From Longimicrobiales bacterium (lineage in GTDB: Bacteria; Gemmatimonadota; Gemmatimonadetes; Longimicrobiales; RSA9), in contig DATHUY010000145.1 of the NCBI GenBank assembly GCA_035461765.1, positions 11,964 to 75,963 of the forward strand: a stretch of 64,000 bases of DNA. Reading direction: 5' to 3'. Position 1 is the stretch's first letter, and each line of letters opens with the position of its first letter. The notes beneath the pieces are model-generated. The model worked only from the letters and a program-made list of their open reading frames with translations, was not told the DNA's origin and did not search any database. This document shows positions 16,986 through 27,042 of this stretch, in pieces. The translations under genes and the position numbers were made by a program.

Positions 16986-19192
16986 CGCAGTTCACCACCC
17001 GGTCGGTAACGCAGCACGGTGCCGCGCTCGATGTCCGCCTCGGACCACAATACACGCTTCATCCGGTTGGACGCGAACAGCGCTGCCTGGTCGTCGTGAT
17101 ACGGCGACGCCGGATCCGGGCTCTGGCCGTAGGCCAGGATGGAGTATGCGCGTGGCTCGTCGTCGAATTCCACCGCCAGCACCCAGCCATCGCCGCCGTT
17201 CACGACCCGACGCCCGTCATCGGCGGTCGTGAAGTTCAGCACGCGAAAGCAGCCCAGTGCACCCGCACAGCCGCCCACCGGCGCATCGACGTCGCCGCGC
17301 CGCACGCGATGCACGTCGCCCCATGCCACATCCCAGCTCCCGAAGCGGCGTGCCGTCTCCGGTACCGCCCAGGCGAATGCTTCGGCCGCACGTGTCGCGT
17401 CGGCGAGGCCGCGCGGCGTCGTCACCGGCTCGGCCTCATCCCACTCGACGGCATGGAGGTCCCGGCCCCGCATCAGCTCGACATAGCGGTCCCACCACGT
17501 TTCGAACAGTACGCTGCCGCGCGACGATGCCGAAGCCGTATTGTCCCATTGCTCGAGCAGCGCGGCGGCGTCGGCAACATCGCCCTGGGGTGTCGTCGAC
17601 CGTACGGCGCTGAGCAGGTCGTCCTTCACGCGGTCGGCCAGGAGCATCCGCATGCTGTGCTTCGCTTCGACGACATCCTCCAGCGTGAAGACGCGCTGAT
17701 TGTGCAACAGCTCGATGGCGTGCTGACTGCGCAGGCGGAGGCGCGGGTCCTCTACCGGGAAGCGGAACGAATGAGCCATGATCACGTTGAGATTCGCATA
17801 ATGAGGCGAATCATTCTCGTTATGGAGGTAGCCGCCCGGCGGATTGAGCAGCTGCGGCAGCGAGTCGAACGGCATGCGCTGCGACCACAGTCCATCACGT
17901 GTCGAGGCACGGACGGCGAGTGTATCACCACCCGGTTCGTGCGGCAGCACGGGCGCACCCGACATCCAGACGTACAGGATGTTTCCGGCGCGGTCCGCAT
18001 ACGTGAAGTTGGACGTGGTGCGTGCGCCCGTGCGCATTGCCGTCTTCCATTCGTCGAGGCTGGCCGCCTGCATCATCCGGAGCCATTGCTCGCCCGCACG
18101 GAAATCGCCGTCGGCGGCGGAACGGTAGATGTAGATACCTGTGGAATCGCGATGCACCACCGGCCCCAGGTCCGTTGTCCAGAACGTGTGTGTCGTGATG
18201 ATGTGGCGACCGGTGCTGTCGCGCGCTTCGACGGTGACGAGCTCGCGCTCAAGCGGCACTGACCTGCCATCGAGGATATAGTGATCCGGTTTTGCCCGGT
18301 CGCTCGGCAGGGCGTAGAATTCGTGACTGCGCGCTGCATTGTTCGTCGTCGCGAAGCCGAGATCGGGATTGAATCCCCCGATCACGGTGAACGGCCCGCC
18401 GATGCGGAAGTCGCCATAGAAATCCAGTCGGTCGGGCACGCGCACGTGCGCCTCGTAGTATCCGGCGGTCCACGACAGGTGCGGATTACGCAGCAGGATC
18501 GCATTGCCTGTGGCGGTGCGCGAAGGCGCGAGGGCCCAGGCGTTGGAGCCGACGTTCTCCTCCGCCTGACCGGCGTGGCCATCGTCGTCGGCGATGACGT
18601 AGCGTGTCGGGAGTGCCGCACCCACGCGGGTGCTCGCGGTATGCTCCAGCAGCCGCTGCCGGAACCTCCTCATTGCCGCGGCGCTCGGCCACACGATGTC
18701 GCGGGCGAGCACGTCGTGCGCGGAGTAATCCGGACGCACCCATGCCGGCATCTCTGCGGGATGCGTGCGAATATAGTGGTTCATGCCGGCGGCGAAGCCT
18801 TCGTATATCTCCTGCGTGTCGTGGTGCAGCGAATCGAACGCGGCGCGTGCCCGCGCGAGCCGCCGGTGGGCATCGGCATCTGCCTCGGCCCGGCCGGGGC
18901 CATCCACGAGTGCCGCGCGGCCGCGGGCAGCGTTCATGCCCTCGATGATGCCGGTGCCGTGATCCTCCAGCTGAACGTACGCCAGCGCGAACGCCGCAGC
19001 CCGGAGGTTCTCGGCCAGGATGTGCGGCACACCGTACTCCGTGCGCCGGATCTCGACCTGACCGGCGAGCGCGCTCAGCTGTTCGGCTGGCGCAGGACCG
19101 GCCGGCGGAGCCGGCACGCTCGCGCATGCGGCGAGAAGCAGGGACACGGCCAGGGTCGTAAGAACCCTCATGCGCGGGGCAGCCATCATCAT
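16982..19192 (-). CDS. Penicillin acylase / acyl-homoserine-lactone acylase family protein (Ntn hydrolase)
   Basis: Nucleophile region GSNAWALAPSRTATGNAILLRNPHLSW. Signal peptide MMMAAPRMRVLTTLAVSLLLAACAS. The ORF-track start at 19660 is rejected because it runs antisense into the CaCA gene. Confidence 0.8.
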   Translation of the reverse strand: MMMAAPRMRVLTTLAVSLLLAACASVPAPPAGPAPAEQLSALAGQVEIRRTEYGVPHILAENLRAAAFALAYVQLEDHGTGIIEGMNAARGRAALVDGPGRAEADADAHRRLARARAAFDSLHHDTQEIYEGFAAGMNHYIRTHPAEMPAWVRPDYSAHDVLARDIVWPSAAAMRRFRQRLLEHTASTRVGAALPTRYVIADDDGHAGQAEENVGSNAWALAPSRTATGNAILLRNPHLSWTAGYYEAHVRVPDRLDFYGDFRIGGPFTVIGGFNPDLGFATTNNAARSHEFYALPSDRAKPDHYILDGRSVPLERELVTVEARDSTGRHIITTHTFWTTDLGPVVHRDSTGIYIYRSAADGDFRAGEQWLRMMQAASLDEWKTAMRTGARTTSNFTYADRAGNILYVWMSGAPVLPHEPGGDTLAVRASTRDGLWSQRMPFDSLPQLLNPPGGYLHNENDSPHYANLNVIMAHSFRFPVEDPRLRLRSQHAIELLHNQRVFTLEDVVEAKHSMRMLLADRVKDDLLSAVRSTTPQGDVADAAALLEQWDNTASASSRGSVLFETWWDRYVELMRGRDLHAVEWDEAEPVTTPRGLADATRAAEAFAWAVPETARRFGSWDVAWGDVHRVRRGDVDAPVGGCAGALGCFRVLNFTTADDGRRVVNGGDGWVLAVEFDDEPRAYSILAYGQSPDPASPYHDDQAALFASNRMKRVLWSEADIERGTVLRYRPGGELR

Positions 19193-19340
19193 CTTGAGCT
19201 CCAGTGGTGATCGATGCGGTGCGCTCACTATAGGACGGCCGGGCCGCTGCTGCCATGGCCGACATGATGCGCTAAGATCCACTCTGCCCTCGCGCGGAGA
19301 AGCTCGTGGGCCGTAGGGTCGCAAGGGAAAGAGAAGAAAA

Positions 19341-20423
19341 TTGACCATCGCAATTCTGCTGCTGGCGGGCGCTGCACTGCTGGTGCTGGGTGCCGAGCTG
19401 CTCGTGCGCGGAGCCACGCTGATTGCCGCGGCCGCCGGAATACGACCGCTGATCATCGGCCTGACCGTCGTCGCCTTCGGCACGAGCGCCCCGGAGCTCG
19501 CGGTCAGCCTCGGCGCGACGTGGGGCGGCGAGCCCGATATCGCGGTCGGCAATGTCGTCGGGAGCAACATTTTCAACGTACTGTTCATCCTCGGCCTGTC
19601 GGCGCTGATCGTGCCGCTCGCCGTACAGCGGCAGGTGATCCGTTTCGAGCTGCCCATCATGCTCGGCGTATCTCTCCTGCTCCTGCTCGTTGCTTACGAC
19701 GGCGTGATCGGGCGTCTGGATGGACTCCTGCTGTTCAGTGGACTCCTGGCCTATCTGTTCTACCTCGCGCGCAGCGGCGGCGCGCCGGTGCCGGCGCCCG
19801 GCCTCGTCCCGGAGCCGGGAAGCACGGAGGTCATCGTGCTGGGCGGAGCACGCAGCATAGCCACGGCCGCACTGCTGGCTCTCCTGGGGCTGGTGCTGCT
19901 CGTAGCGGGCTCGCGGTTCTTCGTGAATGGCGCCGTCGGCCTGGCCGTGCTGCTTGGTGTGAGTCAGACAGTGATCGGTCTCACCATCATCGCGGCCGGC
20001 ACGTCGCTGCCGGAGCTCGCTACATCGGTTCTCGCCGGCCTGCGCGGCGAGCGCGACATCGCGGTCGGCAATGTGGTCGGGAGCAATATCTTCAACATTC
20101 TCGCGATCCTCGGGGTGTGCGGCCTGCTGGCACCCGATGGTATCGGCGTGGATCCCGCCATCCTGCGGTTCGACATACCCGTTATGATCGCGGTTGCTGT
20201 CGCCACGCTGCCCGTCTTCTTCACCGGGTTCCGCATCGGCCGCCTCGAAGGACTGCTGTTCCTCGCGTTCTACCTGGCGTACACCGCGTTCCTGGTGCTG
20301 CAGGCGACCGAGCACGATGCGCTGGAAGCGTTCAGTGGCGGGATGCTGATGTTCGTGCTGCCGCTGACCGCAATCGGGCTGGCGCTCAGCGTGCTCCAGG
20401 CGCGGCGTCGTCGCGAGGACTAG
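19341..20423 (+). CDS. CaCA-family cation/Ca2+ exchanger (YrbG-like)
   Basis: Two alpha-repeat motifs GTSAPELAVS and GTSLPELATS, each followed by GNVVGSNIFN. TTG start as given in the track. Confidence 0.85.
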   Translation: MTIAILLLAGAALLVLGAELLVRGATLIAAAAGIRPLIIGLTVVAFGTSAPELAVSLGATWGGEPDIAVGNVVGSNIFNVLFILGLSALIVPLAVQRQVIRFELPIMLGVSLLLLLVAYDGVIGRLDGLLLFSGLLAYLFYLARSGGAPVPAPGLVPEPGSTEVIVLGGARSIATAALLALLGLVLLVAGSRFFVNGAVGLAVLLGVSQTVIGLTIIAAGTSLPELATSVLAGLRGERDIAVGNVVGSNIFNILAILGVCGLLAPDGIGVDPAILRFDIPVMIAVAVATLPVFFTGFRIGRLEGLLFLAFYLAYTAFLVLQATEHDALEAFSGGMLMFVLPLTAIGLALSVLQARRRRED

Positions 20424-20508
20424 GGGACTGCCTCCGACATTCCGCAGCAGTCGACCGCGCCTGTGCGCCCGCTGCGAACCCACAGTCTCGCGGCGCGCAC
20501 ATCGCGCC

Positions 20509-20529
20509 GCCATCCACTGAATGGATGGC
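20509..20529. terminator. Hairpin between convergent genes (candidate bidirectional terminator)
   Basis: GCCATCCA-CTGAA-TGGATGGC: 8-bp stem, 5-nt loop, no U-tract. Confidence 0.3.
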
Positions 20530-20544
20530 GACGCATGCGGCGGG

Positions 20545-22140
20545 TCAGTTCCTCACGGTGGGGTACGTGATGCCGAGCTGCTCCAGGTAGGTGCCGAACC
20601 TGGTCTCATCATAATAGAACTCCGCGAGCCGCGGCTTGAAGTCCTGCATGATGCGGGTGTTGAGCCATACGGGCGGCGGATCGTCCGCCGTGATGAACGG
20701 GGTGTACTTCATGTCTTTCGTCTGCACGTCGCGGAAATAGGTCCAGGACTCCTCGACCAGCCGCGGTGTCAGGAAGAACTCGAGCGCGGTGCGCGCCATC
20801 ACCTTTGCGCCGGCCGTCGCGCCCTTGTGTGCGATCGGCGTTGCCATCGCGATCGCGTTCGACCAGTGGTGGCCCGGTAGTCCCGGGATGTTCGACGGGA
20901 AGCGCAGCGTCACTGTCGGCACCACCCACGAGATGTCGCCGATGTCGTCGGACCCGCCGCTGCTGCGCTGGCGCGGCGGTGCGCGCAGCGAGTCGGGCGG
21001 CTCGCTGTTCAGGCCGCGCTCGTTCGCTCCAACTTCCTTCTGCACTGCACGCGCCAGCGTCTGATCGGCCTCGCTCCATTCCGGCAGGCCGACGGCGCGG
21101 ATGTGCTCGTGCATCGTCTCGGCAATGACCCTGTTGAAGTGACGCGGCCACGCCGTGCCGAGGATACGGTGGCTCACCTCGGTGTCGGTCATCGTCGCGG
21201 CCCCATCCGCGATGCGCACCGCGATGTCGAAGTTACGCTTGATGTCAGGGTACTCGATCTCGCGGATGTAGTACCAGACCGAGGCGCGCGACGGTACCAC
21301 GTTCGGCTGGTCGCCGCCGTCGCTCACGATGTAGTGTGAGCGCTGATTCGGCTCCAGGTGCTCGCGCCGGAAGTTCCAGCCGATGTTCATCAGCTCCACC
21401 GCATCGAGCGCACTGCGGCCGCGCCAGGGTGCGCCCGCCGAGTGCGCCGCTTCGCCGGAGAACGTGAACTCCACCGACACGAGGCCGGTGCCATTCGCAT
21501 CGCCCCACGTCACGCCGAGGTCGTTGCCCACGTGCGTGAAGAACACGGCGTCCACGTCTGCGAACCGGCCGTCACGGACGAACCACGCCTTGCTCGCTAC
21601 CAGCTCCTCGGCCACTCCCGGCCACAGCACGATCGTGCCGGGGATCCGCTCGCGCTCCATGATCTTCTTGAGTGCGAGCGCGGCCGTGATGTTGACGGCC
21701 TGTCCCGAGTTGTGACCCTCGCCATGACCCGGAGCGCCCTCGACGAGTGGATCGTGATACGCGACGCCGGGCTTCTGGCTCGACTTCGGGATGCCGTCGA
21801 TATCACTCCCGAACGCAATGACCGGCTCGCCGGAGCCCCACGTCGCCCACCACGCCGTCGGTATGCCCGAGACGCCTTCCTCGACGCTGAAGCCGTTGTC
21901 ACGAAGCAGTGTGGTCAGATAGCGATTCGTTTCGACCTCGTGGAAGCCGAGCTCGGAAAAGCTGAACAGCTTGTCGACGATCACCTGCGTCAGTTTCCTG
22001 TTCGCCTCGACCTCCGCCGTGACTTCGTCAACGAGACGTGGCAGGTCGGGCGACTGCGCGGCGGCAGTCTGCGGCGCTGCATGCACGAGCAGCGCGGCAC
22101 AGGTCAGCATGCGTGCAAGATGCAGGGGCGGGGGCGTCAT
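20545..22140 (-). CDS. M20-family metallopeptidase/amidohydrolase (AbgB-like), exported
   Basis: Size and blocks typical of M20D/AbgB-type amidohydrolases (GSDIDGIP, APGHGEGHNSG, FTFSGEAAHSAGAPWRGRSALDA). Signal peptide ending AAAQ. Confidence 0.7.
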   Translation of the reverse strand: MTPPPLHLARMLTCAALLVHAAPQTAAAQSPDLPRLVDEVTAEVEANRKLTQVIVDKLFSFSELGFHEVETNRYLTTLLRDNGFSVEEGVSGIPTAWWATWGSGEPVIAFGSDIDGIPKSSQKPGVAYHDPLVEGAPGHGEGHNSGQAVNITAALALKKIMERERIPGTIVLWPGVAEELVASKAWFVRDGRFADVDAVFFTHVGNDLGVTWGDANGTGLVSVEFTFSGEAAHSAGAPWRGRSALDAVELMNIGWNFRREHLEPNQRSHYIVSDGGDQPNVVPSRASVWYYIREIEYPDIKRNFDIAVRIADGAATMTDTEVSHRILGTAWPRHFNRVIAETMHEHIRAVGLPEWSEADQTLARAVQKEVGANERGLNSEPPDSLRAPPRQRSSGGSDDIGDISWVVPTVTLRFPSNIPGLPGHHWSNAIAMATPIAHKGATAGAKVMARTALEFFLTPRLVEESWTYFRDVQTKDMKYTPFITADDPPPVWLNTRIMQDFKPRLAEFYYDETRFGTYLEQLGITYPTVRN

Positions 22141-22247
22141 GGCGCGCTCCGATCAGCAGGGATTGCGGGGGAATGCGGCGAATTGCGCGCCGCCTCGTGA
22201 CGGATAGCATCCCATCAGGGCGACCGCAAGCGGCTGACTGGTGCGGG

Positions 22248-23165
22248 CTACCTTTCCGGAACGCTGTGGACGATCGGGCGCACGGTGCGGAGGTAGCGAT
22301 AGATCGCGCGCAGGTCGTCGTCGGTCATGCGACCGTACTGCCGCCACGGCATGAACGGATGCAGCTCACGACCGTCCGGCGTCACTCCTGTGCGGAGCGT
22401 GCGCAGAAAGTCCTCCTCGTTCCACGCGCCGATGCCCGTCGAGTATTCCGGCGTGATGTTCGATGGATTGGCCGGGAATCCATCCGGCGGGTCCGCATTA
22501 CCCGCGAACAGCCATTCCATGTCGTGCTCGTTGCGCAGCCCGCGCCGGGGAGTATGGCAGTCGGCACAGAGCGCGACGTGCAGGGCGAGGTACTCGCCGT
22601 ATTCGGCACTGGCGGCGCGTGGCGGCGCGATCGGGCGCAGGGACCGCGCCGGGCCGAGGAACAGCACATCGCCGATGGCATAGATCAGATTGTGGTCCTG
22701 TCTTACGGCATTGCGAACGGGCCGCAGCGTCCTGAGATAGCGGGCTGCCGCCAGCGCGTCGCGTTCCGACATCCCGCTCAGCCACGCGTACGGCATGACG
22801 GGCGCGAGCACGCGGCCGTCGTCATCCACACCGTTACGCACGGCCCTGACGATCTCCGCGTCCGTCCAGCCGCCCAGGCCGGTCACCGGGTCAGGCGTCA
22901 GGTTGGCCGCCCGCACCGTGCCGAGTCGCCAGTTACGGAATGCGAGGCCGCCGCTCAGCGGACCGTCCGGATCTGCGGGATCGGCGGCATGGCAGTGGCC
23001 GCAGACCGCGACGCTCCGGATGATGTATTCACCGCGTTCCACGAGACCGGCCGTGTCGCCGGCCACGGCGGGCGTCAGCTCGGGGAGTGCGGCACCGCCG
23101 GCGCAGGCAGACAGACTCAGGATGGCGACAGCGCGGACGGCGGCGCGGTGGACAGGTGCATTCAC
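22248..23165 (-). CDS. Dihaem c-type cytochrome, lipoprotein
   Basis: Two CxxCH motifs (CGHCH, CADCH). Lipobox LSLSACAGG. Start set at the GTG at 23165 to remove overlap with the permease 3' end. Start uncertain. Confidence 0.65.
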   Translation of the reverse strand: MNAPVHRAAVRAVAILSLSACAGGAALPELTPAVAGDTAGLVERGEYIIRSVAVCGHCHAADPADPDGPLSGGLAFRNWRLGTVRAANLTPDPVTGLGGWTDAEIVRAVRNGVDDDGRVLAPVMPYAWLSGMSERDALAAARYLRTLRPVRNAVRQDHNLIYAIGDVLFLGPARSLRPIAPPRAASAEYGEYLALHVALCADCHTPRRGLRNEHDMEWLFAGNADPPDGFPANPSNITPEYSTGIGAWNEEDFLRTLRTGVTPDGRELHPFMPWRQYGRMTDDDLRAIYRYLRTVRPIVHSVPER

Positions 23166-23298
23166 GGTGTGGAATCGGCTGCAAGGAGCGGGCGCAGCGG
23201 GATCCGGCGGGCTGCCGGGGACGGGCGGGCTGGACCAGACGGCCGAGGCGATGGGATCTGGCAGTCCGTACGTCGGGCTGCCAGATCCCGCCCGGCCA

Positions 23299-25794
23299 TC
23301 ACTCGTAACGCAGCGCGTGCAGCGGATCGACGCGTGACGCGCGCAGCGCAGGGATGTAGCCGGCCGCAAGAGCGAACAGCGACAGGAGAATGGCCGCGCC
23401 GACGAAGATGACCGGGTCGCGGTCGTTCACGCCGTAGAGCAACGAGCCGGCCCCGCGTCCGAGCGCGAGGGCACCGGCAATGCCGATGACGCCGCCGACG
23501 AGCAGCATGACGCCGACCTGGCGCAACACCATCAGCTGGACGCTGCGGCGATCGGCGCCGAGCGCCATGCGCACGCCGATCTCGCGGGTGCGACGCGCCA
23601 CCGTGTAGGCCAGCACGCCGTACAGTCCGATCGCGGCGAGGAGCGTAGCCAGCGCGGCGAACGTGGCTGACATGGTTCCGATCATGCGGTCCATGAACAC
23701 GTTCTCCCGCACCTGCTGCGGCATCGACTTGAAGTCATGGATCGGCAGGTTCGGATCGAGGCGCGCGATCACGCCCGGGATGGCGCGCATGATCTCGTCG
23801 GGATCGATGCCGGTACGTACGTAGAACGCCAGACCGCCGACCCGCTCCGTCTGCCGCCACGGCGTGAAGAACAACGGCGGCACGTCGTCCTTCACCTCGC
23901 TGTACTTCGCATCCCTGACGAGTCCGACGATCTCCATGTTCAGCTCCTCGTCACCGCCCGAGGCCATACGCTTGCCGACCACATCGCGGCCGAGATTGAA
24001 CTTCTTCGCGAAAGCCTCGTTCACGATCACCACGTCGGCACCGCTCTCGTTGTCGGACGCCGTGAACTCGCGGCCGGCCAGGATCGGCACGCCGAGCGTT
24101 GCGAAGTACTCCGGTCCGATCATGTTGAAGCGCGCGTTTGCATCGGTGTCAGGCCCGCGCTCGAAGCCCTCGACGTTGACGTCGCTGCCCCAGTTGTCGC
24201 CGGAGAGGATGGGCACGAGCGACGACGTGACGCCGGTCACGCCAGGAAGTGCGGCCAGCTCCTCCTCGACGCGCTGGAAGAGCTGCTTCGCGCGCTCGGG
24301 CTCGTAGCCGTTCAGCTGAGGTGCAATGCCGAACGTGATGACGTTCTCGACGGTGAGGCCCAGGTCGACCCGGGCGACGTTCGTGAGGCTGCGCAGGAAC
24401 AGGCCGGCCGTGATGAGCAATGCCATCGACAGCGCGATCTGCGTGGTCACGAGAGTCGCCCGGAAGCGTGCGGCGCCGCGCGTGACCGTGAGATTGCCGG
24501 CGTTCGCACGGATCGTCGTGACGAGGTCGGAGCGCGTGCTGTGCAGGGCGGGGAACAGCCCGAACAGGAGCCCTGTCGAGATGGCCAGTACAGCCGCGAA
24601 CAGTACGACCGTTCCATCGAGCCGCAGATCGAGCGAGTCGGCCGCCTCGGGCGGCAGCAGCGCGGCGATGCCTGCGAGAGTCCAGTGCGCCACGATGAGA
24701 CCCGCAATACCGCCAAGCACGCCCAGCACGACGGACTCGGTGAGCAGCTGTGTGAGCACCTGCCTGCGGTTGGCCCCGAGCGAGAGCCGCACGGCCATCT
24801 CCATACCGCGGTTCGCGCCACGCGCGAGCAGCAGGTTGGCAATGTTCGCGCACGCGATCAGCAGCACGATGGCCGCCGTCCCGAGCAGCATCAGCAGCGG
24901 CGTGCGCGCCTCGGTGTGCGTCGAGCTCTGTCCGCGACTGCCTTCCTCGAGACCTACCTCCTTGGCACGGAACTGCGCCATTGTGGCGTCGCTCATGCCC
25001 TCCTGGAGCGGCGCCTCCACGTCATTGATGATGGGTGCGTACACCGCGTTCACTGCGGCAGTCGCCCGCTCAATGGTCGCGCCGGGCTTCAGCCGCGCGA
25101 ACAGGTAGGCCCAGTAGTTCTGACGGTTGTCGAAGCCCGCCCACCCCGGATTCATCGCCGTCCGCATCGTGATCGGCACGAACACCATGGGCCGCGCGCC
25201 GAGCGTGGTGCCATCGAACCCGGCCGGCGCGACACCGATCACATTTAGCGACTGGCCGTTCACGACGATCGTCTGTCCCACGATCCCGGGGTCCCCGCCG
25301 AGCCTGCCCTGCCAGAACCGGTGCGACACGACGGCCACCGGGTGCGCGCCGATCGTTTCATCGTCCGCGGGCCCGATCAGCCGCCCCTGAGCCGGCCGCA
25401 GGCCAAGCACCGGGAAATAGGAGCCGGAGACCATCATGGCCTGGCCGTTGAGCGTGATCCCGTTATAGGCGACGTTCGCGCCGAACAGACGGTGTGCCGC
25501 GACCCCGCTGAACGCGGTTTCGCCCGCCTCCAGGTCCCGGAACATCGCATAGCTGAAGACCACGTCGCAGTCGCCGGCCTGATTGCAGGACTGCGAGCCT
25601 GGCTTCGGGCCCGGTGACGACAGGTTCACCAGCCGTTCGGGCTCCTGCACCGGCAGAGGGCTCAGCAGGATCTGGTCGAACAGCGAGAAGATGGCCGCGT
25701 TCGCGCCGATCCCCAAGGCGAGGGACAGGATCGCCACGGTCGTGACGAATGGCGATTTGAACAGCGTACGAAGTGTCAGTCGCAGGGTGCGCAT
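23299..25794 (-). CDS. Duplicated FtsX/MacB-type ABC transporter permease (ADOP family)
   Basis: N-terminus MRTLRLTLRTLFKSPFVTTVAILSLALGIGANAAIF. Two MacB-periplasmic-plus-FtsX modules. C-terminus ...ALRASRVDPLHALRYE. No cognate ATPase gene is adjacent. Confidence 0.85.
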   Translation of the reverse strand: MRTLRLTLRTLFKSPFVTTVAILSLALGIGANAAIFSLFDQILLSPLPVQEPERLVNLSSPGPKPGSQSCNQAGDCDVVFSYAMFRDLEAGETAFSGVAAHRLFGANVAYNGITLNGQAMMVSGSYFPVLGLRPAQGRLIGPADDETIGAHPVAVVSHRFWQGRLGGDPGIVGQTIVVNGQSLNVIGVAPAGFDGTTLGARPMVFVPITMRTAMNPGWAGFDNRQNYWAYLFARLKPGATIERATAAVNAVYAPIINDVEAPLQEGMSDATMAQFRAKEVGLEEGSRGQSSTHTEARTPLLMLLGTAAIVLLIACANIANLLLARGANRGMEMAVRLSLGANRRQVLTQLLTESVVLGVLGGIAGLIVAHWTLAGIAALLPPEAADSLDLRLDGTVVLFAAVLAISTGLLFGLFPALHSTRSDLVTTIRANAGNLTVTRGAARFRATLVTTQIALSMALLITAGLFLRSLTNVARVDLGLTVENVITFGIAPQLNGYEPERAKQLFQRVEEELAALPGVTGVTSSLVPILSGDNWGSDVNVEGFERGPDTDANARFNMIGPEYFATLGVPILAGREFTASDNESGADVVIVNEAFAKKFNLGRDVVGKRMASGGDEELNMEIVGLVRDAKYSEVKDDVPPLFFTPWRQTERVGGLAFYVRTGIDPDEIMRAIPGVIARLDPNLPIHDFKSMPQQVRENVFMDRMIGTMSATFAALATLLAAIGLYGVLAYTVARRTREIGVRMALGADRRSVQLMVLRQVGVMLLVGGVIGIAGALALGRGAGSLLYGVNDRDPVIFVGAAILLSLFALAAGYIPALRASRVDPLHALRYE

Positions 25795-26122
25795 TTGATT
25801 TCACGATGCGAGTTCATGGGGGCCGGCGGCTGATCGCCGGCCATTGACGGACGAGGTCCCTACGTATGGACAGTGAAATAGTGTCGGATGGTTGCAGCCG
25901 GGTCAGCTGGAGAGCTGATAAACCCCGCCAGCAGGTCCTGCGGGCGACGACGTGCGCCGGTCGCGAATCATTGCGGCGACCGTGTGATTCCGCCCGCTCC
26001 GGCCTCGGCGCCCGTCTTCGATCCGGGCGACCGAGCGCCTCCGGCGTGCCGATATGCCGGTTCGCAAGTGCCTCGTCGGGGGGTCGGTAGCTCGCCGGAG
26101 GCGCCGCGGCTCGATCAGGCGT

Positions 26123-26530
26123 TCACGTATTGACCCTGAACGCGTTGCTCGTCACGCTGCGATAGTCGCCCGTCGACATGATCTCGACATTCGTGCGGTA
26201 CCGGTACTGTCCCTCGGCGAGCTCTGCAGGCAGGTGCGTGCGGTACTCGACCTCGCTGCCGGCCTCCAGCGTGCGGAGCTCCATCGTGCATACGACATCC
26301 GACGGCACCACTTCCCAGCCCGACGCCGTCTGCTGCTCGAGCGAGCTGGCGCACAGGTTGTAGCCGATCTGGCCATCCGTACTGTTGTCGAGCGTCAGCG
26401 TGACGGAATCGCCGGCCATGGCAGGTGTCGGCGCCGCCGTCAGACTGATACCGGCGGCATCCGGACCGGACTGAATGGATGAGCTGCATGCGAGCATCAG
26501 GACGATCGTGGACGACAGCAGTGTACGCAT
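26123..26530 (-). CDS. Hypothetical small lipoprotein
   Basis: Lipobox MRTLLSSTIVLMLACSSS. Non-shadow amino-acid composition. No family recognised. Confidence 0.55.
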   Translation of the reverse strand: MRTLLSSTIVLMLACSSSIQSGPDAAGISLTAAPTPAMAGDSVTLTLDNSTDGQIGYNLCASSLEQQTASGWEVVPSDVVCTMELRTLEAGSEVEYRTHLPAELAEGQYRYRTNVEIMSTGDYRSVTSNAFRVNT

Positions 26531-26657
26531 GTCACGCTCCTTTCCGGGGTGCGTGACCTCGCCGCAGACTCCGTGCCCATGAACGACGGTTGTACCCCGC
26601 CGGGTCAGTCCACTGGACGCCCGGCGGTCGGCTGTCAGCTGGAGGAGCAGCGCACTG

Positions 26658-27029
26658 CTACGCGGGGAATGCCATTGTCGTCATCAGCGCGTTCTCCGAC
26701 TGTCGCGAATCGAGCCGCGTGTGCTGGACCACGATCGGCACGTCCGATTCGATGATGCTGGCGAACGGCGTCGCCCGCGGTACGGTCTCGGGCACCTCGA
26801 GGCTGTTGAAGCGCAGATGCAGCGTACGGCGCGCGGCGACAGTCACCTCATACGGCCCCACCGGGTCGCGATCCTCGAAATACAGCATCATGCGGATCCG
26901 CGCATCCTGGTCCGAGGCGTTCAGAATGCATGCCGTCTCATGGCTGGTCATCTCGGGCGCGGGCCCGGTGCTGCTGGCGGGGATGTACCCTTCCGCGATC
27001 GCCCACACCCGGTGTCCGATGTTCTTCAT
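26658..27029 (-). CDS. Sensory rhodopsin transducer (ASRT, PF07100-like) homologue
   Basis: WAIAEGYIP, SHETACILN and PIVVQHTRLDSRQSENAL match my recollection of Anabaena ASRT. GGAGG lies before the ATG at 27029, 13 nt downstream of the LLM gene stop. Confidence 0.7.
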   Translation of the reverse strand: MKNIGHRVWAIAEGYIPASSTGPAPEMTSHETACILNASDQDARIRMMLYFEDRDPVGPYEVTVAARRTLHLRFNSLEVPETVPRATPFASIIESDVPIVVQHTRLDSRQSENALMTTMAFPA

Positions 27030-27042
27030 CCCGAATCCTCCG

